Shown: positions 61,176 to 64,000 of the stretch, one piece after another
Layout of the letters: every line of letters starts with the position of its first letter
How positions within the stretch are numbered: position 1 is the first letter of the stretch
NCBI GenBank assembly: GCA_965214775.1
Contig: OZ243974.1
Location: 2,208,001 to 2,272,000 of the forward strand
Source: Nitrosopumilus sp.
Lineage (GTDB): Archaea; Thermoproteota; Nitrososphaeria; Nitrososphaerales; Nitrosopumilaceae
Length of the DNA: 64,000 nt
Reading direction: 5' to 3'
Translations under genes and position numbers: made by a program
The notes under the pieces: generated by a model
What the model was told of the DNA's origin: nothing
What the model saw: the letters and a program-made list of their open reading frames with translations, nothing else
Database searches by the model: none

Positions 61176-62021
61176 ATGGATAAAATCAAGCAGAATTCCC
61201 CGGTGTTGTTTTACTTTAACAACTCTAAAAAATGGCTTGTCAAGGTTTCAAGGAAGGAATCCCTTCACACTCACATCGGCGTTATAAAACATTCTGATGC
61301 TATTGGAAAAGAGTATGGATCTAGGCTGGTCACAAACAAGGACAAGTATGTCTATCTTCTCAAACCAACAATGTATGACTATGTCATGAAAATTCAGCAC
61401 GGTACCCAGATTGTTTATCCAAAGGATCTGGGATACATTGTTGCCAGAGCTGGGATTGGAAGCGGGCAAAAGATTTTAGAAATAGGCACCGGAAGTGGCT
61501 CCTTGACCTCCTTTGTCGCAAGTATTGTAAAGCCAAGAGGTCACGTATACACATTTGACGTAGATGAAAAATTTATGAAAATTGCTGAAAAAAACATCGA
61601 AAAAGCCAGGGTCTCAAAATATGTAACCCAGCATAATCTTGATCTGAAGACTGCAAAGAAAATGCCGCTAAGCGACATGGATGCTGCATTGGTTGATTTG
61701 GGCGATCCCTGGGAGGTAGTTCCGCAAGTGCGTAAGATGCTAAAGGGCAGCGGCGCAATTTTTGCAGTTTGCCCTACGATGAACCAGCTAGAAAAACTGA
61801 CTGCGGCTTTGGTAGAAAACGAGTTTACTGATATTGAATCCACAGAACACATTCTGAGAACCATCGAAGCTCGTGAAGGCAAAACACGGCATTCTTTCCA
61901 AGGAATTGGCCATACTGCATACCTCTGTTTTGCAAGAAAAGCTTTCTTTGAGCGCAACAGTTCTGAAAAATCCGCAAAAAAACCCGGCGCCAAAACAGCA
62001 AAAAAGACCTCAAAACCCTAG
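61176..62021 (+). CDS. trmI: tRNA (adenine-N1)-methyltransferase
   Basis: TQIVYPKD, EIGTGSG, DLGDPW, GHTAYL. Confidence 0.93.
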   Translation: MDKIKQNSPVLFYFNNSKKWLVKVSRKESLHTHIGVIKHSDAIGKEYGSRLVTNKDKYVYLLKPTMYDYVMKIQHGTQIVYPKDLGYIVARAGIGSGQKILEIGTGSGSLTSFVASIVKPRGHVYTFDVDEKFMKIAEKNIEKARVSKYVTQHNLDLKTAKKMPLSDMDAALVDLGDPWEVVPQVRKMLKGSGAIFAVCPTMNQLEKLTAALVENEFTDIESTEHILRTIEAREGKTRHSFQGIGHTAYLCFARKAFFERNSSEKSAKKPGAKTAKKTSKP

Positions 62022-62068
62022 TTTTAAAACAAGATTTATCCGTCTGGTTTTTAGTCAAACAGTAGGAA

Positions 62069-62932
62069 TTGGCCAGAAAGAACCTCACCTCGTCAATTGT
62101 TAAAAAAATGATTCCTGCCCGAAAGGCCGGATCTAGAAAGGGTGATAACGGAACAGTTCTGGTTGTCGGAGGCAGCTACATTTATCATGGCGCCCCTGTA
62201 CTGTCTTCGATTGCGGCCCTGAGATGCGGAACCGATCTGGTCTATACTTCGGTTCCAAAAATCAACGTATCTTCAACTCGTTCAGTTTCTCCAAATCTGA
62301 TCGTATTGCCTCTAGTTGATCAAAAACTTACCCGGGGCGCAGTCACCAAACTGCTTGGAACATTGCCCAGAAACCTTGATTCTGCAGCGATCGGAATGGG
62401 CTTGGCTGTTCAAGAAAAAAACGCGTTGCTGCATATGGTCAAATCCCTGCTGGACGGGGATGTCCGTTTATCCCTGGATGCCAGTGCATTGATTCCCGAA
62501 GTCTTGCCATTGCTTGCAAACAAAAATGTTGTTGTCACTCCTCATGCAGGCGAATTCAAACGGTTGTTTGGCGTTTCCCCCCCAAATTCCAAAGAAGAGC
62601 GAACCATACTTGTCGAAAAAATGGCAAAGGAATTTGGAGTTACGATTTTGCTTAAAGGACCAGCCGATGTCATTTCCAATGGGCAGACTACCTATCTTTA
62701 TGAAAAAAAAACTCCCGGAATGACCGTGGGCGGAACCGGGGATGTCCTGTCCGGCCTGGTTGCAGGAATGCTTTCCAGAAATAGAAATGCCGTAGAGTCT
62801 GCAGCGTCTGCTGCCTTTATTAACGGCCTTGCAGGAAAAGCGGTTCAAAAGAAATTCGGCTTGCATATGACTTCGATGGACTTGCTTGATGAGCTTCCAT
62901 TTGTCATGAAGGCATTTGATAGGATCGTGTGA
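62069..62932 (+). CDS. nnrD: ADP-dependent NAD(P)HX dehydratase
   Basis: KGDNG.VLVVGGS, DA.AL, TPHAGEF, GGTGDVL. Confidence 0.93.
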   Translation: MARKNLTSSIVKKMIPARKAGSRKGDNGTVLVVGGSYIYHGAPVLSSIAALRCGTDLVYTSVPKINVSSTRSVSPNLIVLPLVDQKLTRGAVTKLLGTLPRNLDSAAIGMGLAVQEKNALLHMVKSLLDGDVRLSLDASALIPEVLPLLANKNVVVTPHAGEFKRLFGVSPPNSKEERTILVEKMAKEFGVTILLKGPADVISNGQTTYLYEKKTPGMTVGGTGDVLSGLVAGMLSRNRNAVESAASAAFINGLAGKAVQKKFGLHMTSMDLLDELPFVMKAFDRIV

Positions 62933-62937
62933 GAAAA

Positions 62938-64000
62938 ATGGATCCCTCAAGGTATGTCGACTCTCATATGGATGAGTTGATCTCTGATCTGCAGAGATTA
63001 ATTCAGCAGCCAAGCGTTTCTGCAAAAAACCAGGGAATTGAAGAGTGTGCCGTATTGGTACAAAAAATGCTGCAAAAAGCCGGAGTGAAATCTGAATTAC
63101 TTCGATTAAAGAAAGGCATATCTCCGATTGTTTTTGGGGAAATTAAATCGAAAAACAATCCGTCTAAAACCCTGCTGTTTTACAATCATTATGACGTTCA
63201 GCCTGCAGAACCATTTGATTTGTGGGATGACCCTCCTTTCAGCGGAAAAAGAAAGGGAAACAAAATTTTTGGAAGAGGTGCGACTGATGACAAAGGCGAG
63301 CTAATTACAAGAATCAGGGCAGTGGAATCCTGTCTGAAAACTACCGGCGATGTTCCTTGTAACGTCAAATTTGTCATTGAGGGTGAGGAAGAAACAGGAA
63401 GTGCCCACATTGAACAATATCTGAAAAAATACAAAAAAAAATTTGCCTGTGATGGTGTAGTCTGGGAGTTTGGATACGTTGATGCAAAGAATCGGCCAAT
63501 AATCGGACTTGGAATGAAAGGACTGCTCTTCGTTGAGTTGTCCGTTACAGAATCGACCCGTGATGCCCATTCTAGTTTGGCCGTTCTGATAAAAAACCCT
63601 GCATGGAGGCTGATGCAAGCTGTAAGAACCATTCGAGACGACGATGGCAAGATTTTGATCAAGGATTGGTACAAGGAGGTCGTTCCTCTGTCAAAAAAGG
63701 ATCTTGAGTTAATCAAAGATGAGCCATTTGATGAAAAATCCTTCCAAAAAGAGTTTGGAATCACGTCTTTTGTAGGAAACAAGAGGGGAATCGAAGCTAA
63801 AAAGGCACTTGTTGCAGGCGCCACTTGTAATGTTGCAGGATTTGTTTCCGGATACACCGGTCAAGGGGCAAAAACCGTTCTTCCTGGAGATGCATTGGCA
63901 AAAATTGACTTTAGACTGGTTCCAAAAATGGATCCTCAAAAGCAAGTAATGCGGTTAAAAAAACACTTGAAGTCAAAAGGATTCCCTGATGTCAGGATCA
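62938..64000 (+). CDS. M20-family peptidase/deacylase (runs off the window)
   Basis: Manual translation: PSVSA, YNHYDVQP, GRGATDDKG, EGEEE, DAHSS. Confidence 0.9.
   Translation, partial: MDPSRYVDSHMDELISDLQRLIQQPSVSAKNQGIEECAVLVQKMLQKAGVKSELLRLKKGISPIVFGEIKSKNNPSKTLLFYNHYDVQPAEPFDLWDDPPFSGKRKGNKIFGRGATDDKGELITRIRAVESCLKTTGDVPCNVKFVIEGEEETGSAHIEQYLKKYKKKFACDGVVWEFGYVDAKNRPIIGLGMKGLLFVELSVTESTRDAHSSLAVLIKNPAWRLMQAVRTIRDDDGKILIKDWYKEVVPLSKKDLELIKDEPFDEKSFQKEFGITSFVGNKRGIEAKKALVAGATCNVAGFVSGYTGQGAKTVLPGDALAKIDFRLVPKMDPQKQVMRLKKHLKSKGFPDVRI

Noticed and set aside
35939-63945. Many antisense or overlapping ORFs in the track (e.g. 36186-36794, 62468-63025, 63198-63857)
   Set aside because: Shadow frames of well-supported genes on the other strand

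Overview
64 kb of an ammonia-oxidising archaeon chromosome (Nitrosopumilaceae, inferred from gene content). The backbone carries cofD/cofC, two TFBs, TBP, aIF1, Sec61beta, map, purN, folD, ileS, DPSL, msrA, birA, ychF, trmI, nnrD and tRNA-Pro. The mobile-DNA load is unusually heavy: IS5-, IS630-, ISH3- and IS481-family elements and at least seven MITE families, which suggests, but does not prove, a host-associated lineage. Most notable: (1) a ~6.9 kb island bounded by an exact 14-bp direct repeat, carrying a multidomain secreted S1 serine protease and a coupled small membrane gene; (2) inside it, an IS481 transposase broken by a perfect 37-bp duplication around a unique 34-bp insert, the geometry of one CRISPR spacer-acquisition event outside any array; (3) a five-gene haloarchaeal-style PHA granule locus (hydrolase, phaR-like, phaP-like, phaC, phaE); (4) a B12-binding protein with the CarH photoreceptor motif fused to an IS1634-transposase-like N-terminus; (5) a decayed methyltransferase island beside a tRNA-Ser 3' fragment. 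All calls come from reading motifs by eye; no database searches were run.
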